Notes: generated by a model not told the origin, from the sequence alone. DNA of 64,000 nucleotides from an uncultured Pseudomonadota bacterium (GCA_963736005.1 CAVTNB010000001.1:1632001-1696000), one strand, 5' to 3'. Shown: positions 10,867 through 20,909, counted from the stretch's first letter. A program made the numbers and translations.

Positions 10867-11406
10867 TTAATGGGGCGGGCGGAAATGCGTGCGGTCGATT
10901 GCTTCGTACCTCGTCGTCGGACCTGCCGGCAACGATTGGAACAGCGTCAAGCCGTCTACGTGCAGGCGAGCACCGTTGGCAAGCTCGGGTAATGTCAGCG
11001 CCGCAACGTGCTTCACTCGGCAGATCGTGACGTGCGGCGTCGCCTTGCTTTCGAAACGAAAGCCGAGCCGTTCGAATCCAGCGCGCACGGTCTGGGCGCA
11101 CGAAGTAAAACCGCGGCTCTCCTGCGTCGAACCGATCCAGAGCGTATGCGGCCGGCGGGCATTGGGGAACGCTCCCAACCTATCGAAGTCGATCCAAAAC
11201 GACTTGTGCTGCCCGCTCGAGCGGAAGGTTTCCAAGACTGGTTGCAGTTGGTCGTCTGGAACACTACCTAAGAAGGCCGTGGTGACATGCAGTTTCTCAG
11301 GAAACTCGTACCGACCCGGCACGCCGGCTTCCCTAAGGGCAGACGCCGCCTGGGCCGCGAGGGCGCGAACGGCATCGTTGAGCTCAATCGCGACGAACAG
11401 GCGCAC
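10867..11406 (-). CDS. thpR: RNA 2',3'-cyclic phosphodiesterase (2H family)
   Basis: RLFVAI start, two HxT motifs (LHVTTAFLG, PHVTICR), LTLFQS. Confidence 0.9.
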   Translation of the reverse strand: MRLFVAIELNDAVRALAAQAASALREAGVPGRYEFPEKLHVTTAFLGSVPDDQLQPVLETFRSSGQHKSFWIDFDRLGAFPNARRPHTLWIGSTQESRGFTSCAQTVRAGFERLGFRFESKATPHVTICRVKHVAALTLPELANGARLHVDGLTLFQSLPAGPTTRYEAIDRTHFRPPH

Positions 11407-11503
11407 TCGGGCCTATGATTCGCACCACACCACAGCCTGTCCCGCGCCCCATTTTCACAGGTGGTTAATGAAGAGCGCCGTCATGGCCGAGTAGATTTAG
11501 TGT

Positions 11504-12202
11504 ATGGAAGCCGCCCCCCAGGTGTCTGCTCGGCCATCCAAGCAGCGGATATTGATCGTCGAGGACGATGCGAACATCGCTCGGGTGCTCCAATTGGAGC
11601 TCGAGCACGAGGGCTTTGAAGTCGAGGTCTGCGGCGACGGCGCCAGCGCCATCGAGCGTGCCCTCAAAGCACCGGACCTCATCGTCTTGGACGTGCTCTT
11701 GCCACGCATCGACGGTCTGGAAGTATGCCGGCGCGTTCGCAAGCACTCGTCGGTTCCCATCATCATGCTGACCGCAAAGGATGCGGTACCAGATCGCATC
11801 ACAGGATTGGATACGGGCGCGAATGATTATTTGACCAAGCCCTTTTCCATCGAAGAGCTGCTGGCCCGCATTCGCGTGCAGCTACGCGAACGAGAGCCCG
11901 GTCCGCGCGTGCTGAGTGCAAAAGACCTTTCATTGAATCGCGATACGCGAGAAGTGGCTCGCAACGGACGGCATATCTCCCTGACCGCAAAAGAATTCTC
12001 CCTGCTTGAATTCCTCCTCATGTACCCGAACAAAGTCCACTCGCGCGACGAGATCTTCAACAGCGTTTGGGGATCGGACTTCTTGGGCGAATCAAACCTC
12101 ATCGACGTCTATATCCGGTACCTGCGCAACAAGGTTGACGTCGGCAGTGAAGAAAAGTTGATTCAAACAGTTCGGGGAGTCGGCTATTCACTCCGCAACT
12201 AA
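11504..12202 (+). CDS. OmpR-family response regulator
   Basis: ILIVEDD, LDVLLP, DYLTKPF, QTVRGVGY. Confidence 0.95.
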   Translation: MEAAPQVSARPSKQRILIVEDDANIARVLQLELEHEGFEVEVCGDGASAIERALKAPDLIVLDVLLPRIDGLEVCRRVRKHSSVPIIMLTAKDAVPDRITGLDTGANDYLTKPFSIEELLARIRVQLREREPGPRVLSAKDLSLNRDTREVARNGRHISLTAKEFSLLEFLLMYPNKVHSRDEIFNSVWGSDFLGESNLIDVYIRYLRNKVDVGSEEKLIQTVRGVGYSLRN

Positions 12203-12263
12203 CACACAGCAGATACCCTTCTTCGCGAGCCTCCGTTCCCGCATCACCTTCGCGTACGCAGGC

Positions 12264-13670
12264 GTGCTCGCACTCTTGATGATCGTCTTCGTGGGGGTCA
12301 TCTACGGCGGCGCGCGCAGCGTCTTGCTGGCGGCGGCAGCCGACCGCGTGAGCGGCGTGTCCCAAGAGATGCTGCGAGAGCTGCAAGCGCTCAACAGTAG
12401 CAACCCGTTCGGGGCCGTTCCCGTGCGTACGTCCCTCGCCAACCAAGATTTTCTCAATGGATTTTCAGGCACCGGTCTGTACATCGAAGCCTTCAATCAG
12501 TATGGCGAGCCGATCGGTAAGAGCGCAAACTTGGGCACCCGCGACTTACCGACGCAATTGACCAAACTCAACCAGCCACGGATCTTTGGAGCGAATGAAG
12601 ATTGGGGCGTTGCCACCATGGACTCGGGCCGCGTACTTGTGAACAAACTGACGCTGCGTTCGGGTAGTGCAGTCGAGGCAACCGTCTACATCGCCGAGTC
12701 GCTCAGCAGCACGGACGCTATCCTCAAGAGCTTCCGAGGCTTCCTCGTGCTCGGGCTGATCGTGGCGCTTGTGTTTATCGCTCTTGCGAGCACGTCGCTG
12801 GCTCGCGCGGCGCTGGGGCCTATTGACGCGATCGCTCGAGCGGCGCAAGAGATCAGCGGTGAGGATCTGGCGAAGCGACTCAATTGGAAGGGGCGCCCCG
12901 ATGAACTTGGCGCCCTCGCGCAAACTTTCGACGCCATGCTTGAACGGCTCGAGTCCGCCTTCGCCCGCGAGCGCCGTTTCATCGCCGACGCTTCGCACGA
13001 ACTTAAAACGCCGCTCACGGTCATCAATGCGAATTCCCAAATGCTCGCGCGCTGGGGCGCTCGCAATCCGGACATCATGGCCGAGGCGCTGAAGACGATC
13101 GAGATGGAAAGCGCCACGATGGCGCGGGTCATCAATGCCATGCTCACGCTTGCAAAGACCGACGATCCAAAGGCGCTCGCGCTCGAACGGGTTGACTTTA
13201 GTCAAGTCGTACGCGAAGTGGGCATCGCCATGCAACCTAACGCCCACGCGAAGGGACTGTCCTTACGGGTCGAGGTCGATGAAGACGCGGAGGCAAACGT
13301 GCACGGCGAGCCGAGCCTTTTGCGGCAGCTCGTCCAAAACCTCACCGAAAACGCAATCAAGTTCACCCCGAGTGGCGCAGTCACACTCGCTGTGCATCGC
13401 GATGACGGACACGTGGAACTGCGCGTGAAGGATACCGGAACTGGTATTCCGGGCGATGCGCTCCCGCATATCTTCGAACGATTTTATCGCGCTGACCCGG
13501 CACGTTCGCGCAACGTTGACGGAACCGGCTTGGGCTTGGCGGTCGTCAACAACATCGTTCGCGTGCACGGCGGCAAGATCGCCGTCGCGAGCGAACCGGG
13601 CGGAGGCACGACCTTCACTGTCGACTTGCCCCTCGAAAGACCTTCACAGCCGTCGCCCAAAGCGGCCTAA
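12264..13670 (+). CDS. HAMP-domain sensor histidine kinase (true start probably further upstream)
   Basis: 2 TM, HAMP, DASHELKTPL, N box ENAIKF, DTGTGI, GTGLGL. Confidence 0.93.
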   Translation: MLALLMIVFVGVIYGGARSVLLAAAADRVSGVSQEMLRELQALNSSNPFGAVPVRTSLANQDFLNGFSGTGLYIEAFNQYGEPIGKSANLGTRDLPTQLTKLNQPRIFGANEDWGVATMDSGRVLVNKLTLRSGSAVEATVYIAESLSSTDAILKSFRGFLVLGLIVALVFIALASTSLARAALGPIDAIARAAQEISGEDLAKRLNWKGRPDELGALAQTFDAMLERLESAFARERRFIADASHELKTPLTVINANSQMLARWGARNPDIMAEALKTIEMESATMARVINAMLTLAKTDDPKALALERVDFSQVVREVGIAMQPNAHAKGLSLRVEVDEDAEANVHGEPSLLRQLVQNLTENAIKFTPSGAVTLAVHRDDGHVELRVKDTGTGIPGDALPHIFERFYRADPARSRNVDGTGLGLAVVNNIVRVHGGKIAVASEPGGGTTFTVDLPLERPSQPSPKAA

Positions 13671-13787
13671 ACCCTCGTTTTCTCACACCATCCTCATCTA
13701 GGCCTTAGAGGCCGCTCATGCGGGTATGCCGATGGGTTGAGTAAGATGAGGTGAAGCCCTGTGCTCCCTCCGAATCGCTCTCCAGGC

Positions 13788-14723
13788 ATGCTAAACAAAC
13801 TCGCTCTCGTCGCCGCCTTTGCCACTCTGCTTCTCCTGCCGCTGCCTGGTGCGCATCTACCTGCGCTCGCCGATGATGTCCCCATCTCAAGCGCTCCCGT
13901 CCTCACCATTCACTCAACCGGGGGGACCATTCACATCTATTCGGCCGATGCATCCGCCGTTCACGTTCGACCAGGGGTAGGCGGACAGAGAATTGGGGTT
14001 TCGCGTTTCACACCAGGGCAATTCACGAATGCGCCGATGCTGCCGGCACAGCAAGTGTGCAGGGGCATTGGACGCAGATTCCGGTGTTATCGGCTACCCG
14101 CTCGACAATTTTCCGTACCACCGGCGCTGTATGGAAGCGAAGGGGTGCATCTTGAGAATCCTGGAGGCGACATGTCGGTGGGAGTGCCCAACCACGTCGG
14201 CGCGATCTTCATCAATGCAGAACAGGGCAATGTTGAAGTTGAAAAACTCCGGGGGCCATTTATCATCCAGGCATCCGGCGGCGACGTCCACCTCAAGAAT
14301 GTGCTGGGGCGAGGGTTGATTCGCACGACGGCCGGCAACATCACGTTGGCGGGCGTTGGTGGCGATGTCCATCTTGTCACGCTCGGCGGCGCGATTACGG
14401 TTTTTGGCAGCTATGCGAGCAAGGCCGACGTTCAAAGCGACAGCGGGCCAATCACGTGGCGATTCGCACACATGGGTTCGGGTCCGTACAAATTTGCGTC
14501 GCAGCAAGGCGCCATTCATCTGCAGTTCTTGCCTGGCGTTGCTGCTCAAGTGGACGCTCAAAGCCCGGGTGGCACCGTGACCAACCTCCTCCCTGGCGCG
14601 CCGGCGGTGGCATCGCCACAGCAGGCGATGTCCATTGCGGTCAATGGCGGTGGGCCCGAGATTACGGTCACGTCCGCCGGTGGCGATATCACGATCGAGC
14701 AAGTCGCTCCGCCGCAGCAATAA
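13788..14723 (+). CDS. DUF4097-like beta-strand repeat secreted protein
   Basis: Signal peptide; repeated xSxxGDI/V units. Confidence 0.7.
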   Translation: MLNKLALVAAFATLLLLPLPGAHLPALADDVPISSAPVLTIHSTGGTIHIYSADASAVHVRPGVGGQRIGVSRFTPGQFTNAPMLPAQQVCRGIGRRFRCYRLPARQFSVPPALYGSEGVHLENPGGDMSVGVPNHVGAIFINAEQGNVEVEKLRGPFIIQASGGDVHLKNVLGRGLIRTTAGNITLAGVGGDVHLVTLGGAITVFGSYASKADVQSDSGPITWRFAHMGSGPYKFASQQGAIHLQFLPGVAAQVDAQSPGGTVTNLLPGAPAVASPQQAMSIAVNGGGPEITVTSAGGDITIEQVAPPQQ

Positions 14724-14726
14724 CTC

Positions 14727-14784
14727 TGTAGGGGGCGATTGGAAAATCGCCCCAAAAAAGGGCGCCTAAAGGTGCGCCGCTACA
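14727..14784. repeat. REP-like doublet
   Basis: TGTAGGGGGCGATTGGAAAATCGCCCC followed by GGCGCCTAAAGGTGCGCCGCTACA. Confidence 0.8.
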
Positions 14785-14805
14785 TTGCTTTGTAACGGAG
14801 GCTGC

Positions 14806-15630
14806 GTGCAACTGCATGAGAGAACAGCGGCGATCGGCGACACTGAAATCTTCTATCGAGAAGCCGGTACCGGGAGTCCACTCTTGCTCCTGCACGGATT
14901 TGGCCATTCATCCACCGCGTGGCTGCGAACGATGCCCATATTGTCAGCGCACCACAAAACACTCGCGCCGGACCTCCCAGGGTATGGCCGCAGTTCGATC
15001 GTTTTAGCGCCTGACGATCCGCCCTACTTCGCGAAGTTCGTCATTGACTTTCTCGAGCGTCTCGAGCTTTTCGGCGTCGACGTTGTAGGCAATTCTTTGG
15101 GCGGCCTCATCTCATTGCTGGCAGCGCTCGAGCGACCGGATCTTTTTCGCAAGATCGTCCTTGTCGATCCGGCCGGATTCACAAAGGGCCCCATCCCGCC
15201 GCTTGACGATGCGCTGCTCGCGCTCATGGGCTTTTGGCTATCGCTGCCCCGATCGAGAGCGCTCATTCGGGCTGGTTACGCCTCCGGTTTCTTTGACGCC
15301 GGTCACGTCGATGAGGAATCAGTCACGGAAATCGTCGCGCGCTCGACGCATCCCGAGGCACTGCAGGTTAGCAGTCGAACGCTCCACGAGATGTTTCACT
15401 TTTCGCGGCATTTGGATCGCTTTCACGCACGGCTCGCAAGCTTAAAGGCTCCGACCATGGTCGTCTGGGGCCAGAACGATCCCGTGCTGCCAGCCAAGGA
15501 TGCGAACACCGCGCGGCGGGTGCTCCCTGCCTCGCGCATCGAAGTGCTGGAGCGTTGCGGGCATCTCCCCCATATCGAATTGCCCACGGCCTTTAGCTCG
15601 CTTGTTTTGAATTTTTTGGATGCGGCGTGA
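14806..15630 (+). CDS. Alpha/beta-fold hydrolase
   Basis: LLHGFG, DLPGYG, nucleophile elbow GNSLGG, WGQND, CGH. Confidence 0.92.
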   Translation: MQLHERTAAIGDTEIFYREAGTGSPLLLLHGFGHSSTAWLRTMPILSAHHKTLAPDLPGYGRSSIVLAPDDPPYFAKFVIDFLERLELFGVDVVGNSLGGLISLLAALERPDLFRKIVLVDPAGFTKGPIPPLDDALLALMGFWLSLPRSRALIRAGYASGFFDAGHVDEESVTEIVARSTHPEALQVSSRTLHEMFHFSRHLDRFHARLASLKAPTMVVWGQNDPVLPAKDANTARRVLPASRIEVLERCGHLPHIELPTAFSSLVLNFLDAA

Positions 15631-16928
15631 ATCTCGCTCTTTGTTTTATCGTGACTTTCCTCGTCGGCAGCCGCGCGCCGGCAGCAGCAACCCCCGGCTC
15701 TCCCGCTCCATCTCCCGTCGCTACCACAACCTCGAGCCCACTGCCGACATCCTCGCCCTCGCCGACACCATCACCATCACCTTCGCCGATCGTGCCTCCC
15801 AAAGACGCACCCGCGGTTCGCGCGACAACGCCACCCTTCTCGGCGCCGCTCATCCACACTGGGCCGCGTCCGCCCGACAGCATGTGGTTCGGCGACAATG
15901 CTTCGATTGCCGTACCCATGACGCTGCATGGCGGCCGACCATATATCGATGTGATTGTTAACGGGCATCCGGCAACTTTATTGGTTGATAGCTCTGCCGT
16001 GACAACGCTGATTGATGCGGATGCTCTCGAAGGCCAATCGCAAAGTGCGGTGCTTTCCTTGCAGATTGCCGACCTGCGCTTCCCGCGCTTGTCGGTGCAA
16101 GCCACAAAAGTTCGGTCGTATACGGAGACGAATCTTGGCGTCGCAGCCGACGGCATCATCGGCGCCGACTTGCTCGGACGTTATCCGGTAAACTTTGACT
16201 TTCCAAATCGGATGCTGACCATCTATCGCGACAGTCACAGCGCCGCTGCTGCCCAGCCACAGTCCGCGACGACCGCCGCCATGCGCGTCATTGATGGTCG
16301 CCCCGCGGTTGAAGCGTCCCTTGACGGCGACCGCGGATTGTGGTTTTCGCTCGCGACTGGAGTGGCAGACGACGTGCAACTCGAACCGGCTGTGGATCAC
16401 GCAAGCCGCCTCGCTCGTCAGCCCTCGTTACCCTACGAAGCGATGACAGCAAACGGCGGTGAAAGCGGAAGGCTCGTGCGCGCACGTGCGCTCGCACTTG
16501 GGGGAGTGACGTTCTTTCAACCCCTCGTAGCCATCGTCAATGCGCAGCGTCCGGCTTCCGAACTTGCAGGATCGCTGGGCGCAAACATGCTCTCGAAGCT
16601 CAACCTCTTTATCGATGAGAGCTCCTCAAACTTGGAATTTATCGCACCCCCGGGCGCCACATCGCCCGCCCTGTATGACCCAAGCGGAATCTCCCTCGTG
16701 GTGAGCCATGGTGCAATCGTCATCCGCGAAACCATTCCCGGATCCCCGGCGGATGATGCTCACTTGAGGCCGGGCGACGAAATCATTTCACTTAACGGCC
16801 TCGCGCCCGCCACCTTGGATTTTACGCGCGAGCTCTTAAACGGCAGTCCCGGTTCGAAGATTGTCGTCGTCTACCGGCGCTGGCGCATCACACGGTCGGC
16901 AACCCTGACGCTGCGCGTGTTACTCTAG
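15627..16928 (+). CDS. Secreted tandem retropepsin-like (aspartyl protease) plus PDZ protein
   Basis: Signal peptide and P/S/T linker; LLVDSSA, GIIGADLL, GSLGANML; PDZ motif GSPADDAHLRPGDEIISLNG. Confidence 0.75.
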   Translation: MNLALCFIVTFLVGSRAPAAATPGSPAPSPVATTTSSPLPTSSPSPTPSPSPSPIVPPKDAPAVRATTPPFSAPLIHTGPRPPDSMWFGDNASIAVPMTLHGGRPYIDVIVNGHPATLLVDSSAVTTLIDADALEGQSQSAVLSLQIADLRFPRLSVQATKVRSYTETNLGVAADGIIGADLLGRYPVNFDFPNRMLTIYRDSHSAAAAQPQSATTAAMRVIDGRPAVEASLDGDRGLWFSLATGVADDVQLEPAVDHASRLARQPSLPYEAMTANGGESGRLVRARALALGGVTFFQPLVAIVNAQRPASELAGSLGANMLSKLNLFIDESSSNLEFIAPPGATSPALYDPSGISLVVSHGAIVIRETIPGSPADDAHLRPGDEIISLNGLAPATLDFTRELLNGSPGSKIVVVYRRWRITRSATLTLRVLL

Positions 16929-17686
16929 TGATTCGCATTCGCGACCTGTCGAGCGTTCGGGTCGATCGCGTCGAGTTTCCGAGCGCTTCGGGGATCGTGC
17001 GGGGGCTCGCGTACAGCGGGGGACCCTCCACGACGTGCGTCGTGCTCGCGCACGGTTACTCGTCGAGTAAGCACAACGTCGATCCTCTTGCCTTCTACCT
17101 GGCGACCGAAGGCATTCGTTCGCTTGCCTTAGACTTTCAAGGACACAAGCTGGGCTGCAGTTCGTTGCCGCTGCGGCAGGCCAGCGACTTGTGCCGCAAC
17201 GTGCTCGATGCGGTGGCGTTTGCACGAAACATTCCCGATGTTCGAACCGTTGTGAGCGCAGGGCACAGCATGGGTGCAGCCGCGTCCATCGGTGCTGCCG
17301 TGGAGTCGCGCGAGATCGATGCGGTCATCGCAATGTGCACGGCGCTCGGGCGCAGCCAATCGCTGGAAGGGCCGACGATGCTTGGCGGATTGCGCAATCG
17401 CTCGTGTTACGTCGATGGACCAAGCCCCGAAGAATTGACGCAGGCGATGGATCGCTATACCGTGCGCGTGAGCGAGGTTGCTCCACGCCCGATGCTCGTG
17501 ATCGCCGCAAGCAAGGATGCGATCGTCGCGCCGTCGGCGGTGCGTCAGCTATTCGACGCGGCCGGCGACCCTAAGACGTTCGAGGTCGTCGACGCAACCC
17601 ACACCGATTGCGCCGAGCGGGCAAAATTTGTCATCGTGCGCTGGCTGCGGGCGCGAGGCTTCTCGCCCCAGCGGTCGAACGGCTGA
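16928..17686 (+). CDS. Alpha/beta hydrolase
   Basis: LAHGY, GHSMGA, Asp in SKDAIV, His in ATH. Confidence 0.85.
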   Translation: MIRIRDLSSVRVDRVEFPSASGIVRGLAYSGGPSTTCVVLAHGYSSSKHNVDPLAFYLATEGIRSLALDFQGHKLGCSSLPLRQASDLCRNVLDAVAFARNIPDVRTVVSAGHSMGAAASIGAAVESREIDAVIAMCTALGRSQSLEGPTMLGGLRNRSCYVDGPSPEELTQAMDRYTVRVSEVAPRPMLVIAASKDAIVAPSAVRQLFDAAGDPKTFEVVDATHTDCAERAKFVIVRWLRARGFSPQRSNG

Positions 17687-17712
17687 CCGCGATGAACTCT
17701 TCGGGAGGCAAG

Positions 17713-18396
17713 ATGAGCGTGTCGATTCTAAAACGCGTGATACCATTTGGAGCCGTTGCAGCGATGGTGCTGCTGGTGGCTGCATGGTCGACCTCAAGTC
17801 AGGATCGGTCAAGCGCGGCGAATGCTGCGCAAGGTTCCCCGGTGCCAACGGTCTCGGTGACGACCCTTCCTGCGATGCCGGGTCCGGCGACGTCAAGCGC
17901 AACGCAGACGCCGTTCCCAATGCAAACCCTTGCTCCGCTAACCGCTACACCGAATCCGCTCACGCTGCCGATTGCTCCACCGCTTGGCGTCTCGTACATC
18001 CAGGTGGTCGGAGACGTTGCCAATCCACTCACACTGACGCTCAAAGATCTTGAAGGTATGAGGCCGGCTTCGCTCACGTTGCGCTTTCACACGTATACGG
18101 GCGTGCCGCTCATCGATGTGATCAACCGAGCGGGTTTGCGCTTTTCTACCAACCCCCAGATACTGATGCGCAAATACGTCTACATTCAAGGATTGAACGG
18201 CCAATCGGCAACCATCAGTTTCCCGGAATTCACGAAGGAGTTCAACAGCCAACTCATCTTGCTTGCCTATCTTGTGGATTTGCGACCAGTCGTTGGCCCC
18301 GGGTTTGTCACGCTTGTCGTGCAAGATGACAAGAGCACGATTCGCTACATCAACGTGGCCCGGATCGTCGTAGGCGAACCACTGCAACAGATGTAG
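17713..18396 (+). CDS. Secreted protein with molybdopterin-oxidoreductase-like domain
   Basis: Signal peptide and P/T linker; VVGDVANPLTLTLKDL and YTGVPL resemble that domain. Confidence 0.5.
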   Translation: MSVSILKRVIPFGAVAAMVLLVAAWSTSSQDRSSAANAAQGSPVPTVSVTTLPAMPGPATSSATQTPFPMQTLAPLTATPNPLTLPIAPPLGVSYIQVVGDVANPLTLTLKDLEGMRPASLTLRFHTYTGVPLIDVINRAGLRFSTNPQILMRKYVYIQGLNGQSATISFPEFTKEFNSQLILLAYLVDLRPVVGPGFVTLVVQDDKSTIRYINVARIVVGEPLQQM

Positions 18397-18498
18397 CGGG
18401 CGACTGTCAAGTCGCCCATGTAGCAGCGGACCTTTAGGTCCGCTCCGCGAATTTACTCGCAGCCAAAGATAATGTAGTGTCGCGAATTCATTCGCGAC
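18392..18498. repeat. Cluster of four REP-like hairpins upstream of tRNA-Ala
   Basis: GTAG-footed hairpins GGCGAC..GTCGCC, GCGGACC..GGTCCGC and CGCGAAT..TTCGCG. Confidence 0.8.
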
Positions 18499-18503
18499 TT
18501 CGT

Positions 18504-18576
18504 GGGGATGTAGCTCAGCTGGTAGAGCGCTTGCTTCGCATGTAAGAGGCCAGGGGTTCGAGTCCCCTCATCTCCA
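18504..18576 (+). tRNA. tRNA-Ala(CGC), CCA not encoded
   Basis: Cloverleaf: GGGGATG/CATCTCC acceptor with G3:U70, GCTC/GAGC D arm, CTTGC-TTCGCAT-GTAAG anticodon arm, AGGGG-TTCGAGT-CCCCT T arm. Confidence 0.96.
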
Positions 18577-18629
18577 CGTGTTCCTTACTCGCTCACGGCG
18601 GAACTCGTGGTATCCTCCTGAGCGAGCTA

Positions 18630-20444
18630 CTAAGCGGGCTGTATTTGTGCTTCCGCGAGCTGAGTGCGCAGTAACTCTACCTCATCCTTTAAGGATTCCA
18701 TGGCTTGCTTCGTCGCCTCGGCCTCAAGATGATCATACGCGGCAGCCGCTCCCGTAGCTAGCCCAGCGACCGCCTTGATCTCATCAGGATCGAGACTCTC
18801 GCCCTGGATGTGGGAGCCGTAGAAGACGACCGCAGCAAGCTCACGGCGCACGATGACCGGGAGGGCCAATCCTGGACGGGCCGCTCCTGGGGGAACGCCT
18901 TCAGCGCGCCAAGGATGGTCGTACAGCGACACTGGCCCCTTCTCGGCTTGCAGTAGCATGAGCAAATGCTCATCTTCGGCGCTGAGCCTCGCAATATCAG
19001 CTGGCCTCCAACCCTCGAATCGGTCACGCACATACGTGCCGTCGCTTCGCCGACGGAAGAGAGCACCGGATGCGAGTGCCAACGCCCGCACGGTTTCATC
19101 GACGAGCACCTTGGCGACGGCTGCTTCAGTGGTGGCGAATTGCAATGCCGCTGCGTTTCGTGCGAGCTGGACTTCTGCTCTATGACGCTGGCGGAAGAAC
19201 GTCGCATCGGTCAACGAATCGACGCGCCGGTGCAGGCTATTCAGCCAAAAGCCTCCGGCCACGGCAAACCCCATCTCTGCCATCGTACCTAACCGTGCGA
19301 GTTTGAGCTTGTCGATGAAGAGCCAGTCGATGAGGGCGAACCCCCCGATGAGAACGCTGGTTAGGATCCCGTAGACAAGCGTGCGGCTGATGACAAAGCC
19401 CACGTCGATGACGCGGTGCTTGACGATCGCGTACGCGACGGCGATGGGCGCGACGATGCTGAGCACGCTCAAACCGTACGACACGGACAACGGCGCGTTC
19501 GTCACATCGACAGTAAGGATCTGCCCTGCGAGGCTCGTCATGAGGGCAAGCGCAAATCCGACAACGACCCATTGGATCCGTTGTCGTTCTGCGCCCGGTC
19601 TGTGCATGTAGGTATCGATCAGAGCGAAAAAGACGACGACTGCGCTCAGCGCGGCAAGCGCGATTCCGGCGCGCGCGAGCATCTCTCCGGGACGCCCAAG
19701 GAAATAGGCGTTGACGATATAGAGCGTCTGGAGGCCAGCAAGGGAGACAAACAAGAACGGTAAGGCATGCTGAACACGCAGCCTCCATCCGCCAATCGGC
19801 TCTTGCAGAAAGTGAAGCGAAAACACCAACAGACCTACCCAGCCGGCGGCAAAGATCACGCCACCATGCAGGATAAACAAGAGCTGACCGTATGGAGATC
19901 GACCGGTTGCGAATACCTCGGTCATGCCGGTGAGAAGCCATCCCGATGGCGCAAACGCGACGGAAAAGAAATAGAACCCCCACGTCACGGCGCTTGGCCG
20001 AAGCAACACCAACGCGGCCCCAATCGCAACGAAAACAACGCTGGCAACGAGTGCAACGAGGATCAAGGACTCATCAACGACGCCCATAGGCTCTGGCGCC
20101 GACCTGAGCGATACCATGCGTCTCACGCCCCCGTGGTAAACGCCGAACGACCTTGTCATGCCCGCTGACCGCATGACTGGGACTTGGATGAGGTTCCAAA
20201 GATCCTGAGGCGACATGGACGATTCGTCGAGGCGGTCGCCCACCTGAATGCCTGCCTGCGAGGCAGGGGAGCCGGCGTTCACGCCTGTCACCACGCCGTC
20301 GAGATTCGTGCCGTATCCAAAGATGCCGATGGGATGTAAAAAACGCCGTACATCCATCGCACTGCCAAACAACAGCAGTAGCGAAAAACCGACGATGAAG
20401 ATCGTCCTCAGTACCGCATTACCGCCGACTTGGTGGCGGGCCAT
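18630..20444 (-). CDS. PDZ plus multi-TM plus GAF-like membrane sensor without recognisable output domain
   Basis: PDZ motif GSPASQAGIQVGD, about 9 TM, YAIVKHRVIDV, then a GAF-like region and a terminal coiled coil. Confidence 0.7.
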   Translation of the reverse strand: MARHQVGGNAVLRTIFIVGFSLLLLFGSAMDVRRFLHPIGIFGYGTNLDGVVTGVNAGSPASQAGIQVGDRLDESSMSPQDLWNLIQVPVMRSAGMTRSFGVYHGGVRRMVSLRSAPEPMGVVDESLILVALVASVVFVAIGAALVLLRPSAVTWGFYFFSVAFAPSGWLLTGMTEVFATGRSPYGQLLFILHGGVIFAAGWVGLLVFSLHFLQEPIGGWRLRVQHALPFLFVSLAGLQTLYIVNAYFLGRPGEMLARAGIALAALSAVVVFFALIDTYMHRPGAERQRIQWVVVGFALALMTSLAGQILTVDVTNAPLSVSYGLSVLSIVAPIAVAYAIVKHRVIDVGFVISRTLVYGILTSVLIGGFALIDWLFIDKLKLARLGTMAEMGFAVAGGFWLNSLHRRVDSLTDATFFRQRHRAEVQLARNAAALQFATTEAAVAKVLVDETVRALALASGALFRRRSDGTYVRDRFEGWRPADIARLSAEDEHLLMLLQAEKGPVSLYDHPWRAEGVPPGAARPGLALPVIVRRELAAVVFYGSHIQGESLDPDEIKAVAGLATGAAAAYDHLEAEATKQAMESLKDEVELLRTQLAEAQIQPA

Positions 20445-20810
20445 CTTGACTCCTCATGGTGACATGAACGCAAGTTGAACGTGCTCTTCCGGACTTCTGT
20501 AAAGGTCTCAGACTTGCGCGATTCAACACCTGGAAGAGGCAGCCCCCTGAGCGGAGTCAGCGGTGGACATGGCTCCCGTTGAGCGCTTCCTCGATAGCCT
20601 GATCTTAGAACTAGGGCAACCGAAGGGCATCAAACCTTCTTGGCTATGTCGAATCTTCGTCCAGCGACACGTCGCCCGCACACTGCAATTGTACGGCAAT
20701 TGCTTCGTAATACCAGCAACTTTCTGCAGCTTCGTGCAACATTCTGCAACCGGCGAACACAGGCGCCATCTGGAAAGCCCGATTTCATGAGGGTCTCGGA
20801 ATTGATTCAT

Positions 20811-20850
20811 ATGTAAGAGGCCAGGGGTTCGAGTCCCCTCATCTCCACCA
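20811..20850 (+). repeat. att-like duplicate of the tRNA-Ala 3' end, ending in CCA
   Basis: ATGTAAGAGGCCAGGGGTTCGAGTCCCCTCATCTCCACCA. Confidence 0.92.
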
Positions 20851-20854
20851 CTCG

Positions 20855-20886
20855 AACCCGCGTCCTGTAATGGATCGCGGGTTTTT
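20855..20886 (+). terminator. Rho-independent terminator-like hairpin after the att copy
   Basis: AACCCGCGTCC-TGTAAT-GGATCGCGGGTTTTT. Confidence 0.65.
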
Positions 20887-20909
20887 ACTTTTTGGTCGTT
20901 GTCGATTTG

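Larger units (their letters stand above)
18577..20850. mobile_element. Integrase-less islet inserted in tRNA-Ala
   Basis: 38-bp direct repeat of the tRNA 3' half (18540-18577 = 20811-20848). Confidence 0.75.

Noticed and set aside
20811..20850. Second tRNA gene
   Set aside because: Only the 3' half is present, with no D arm or anticodon. It is an att duplicate.
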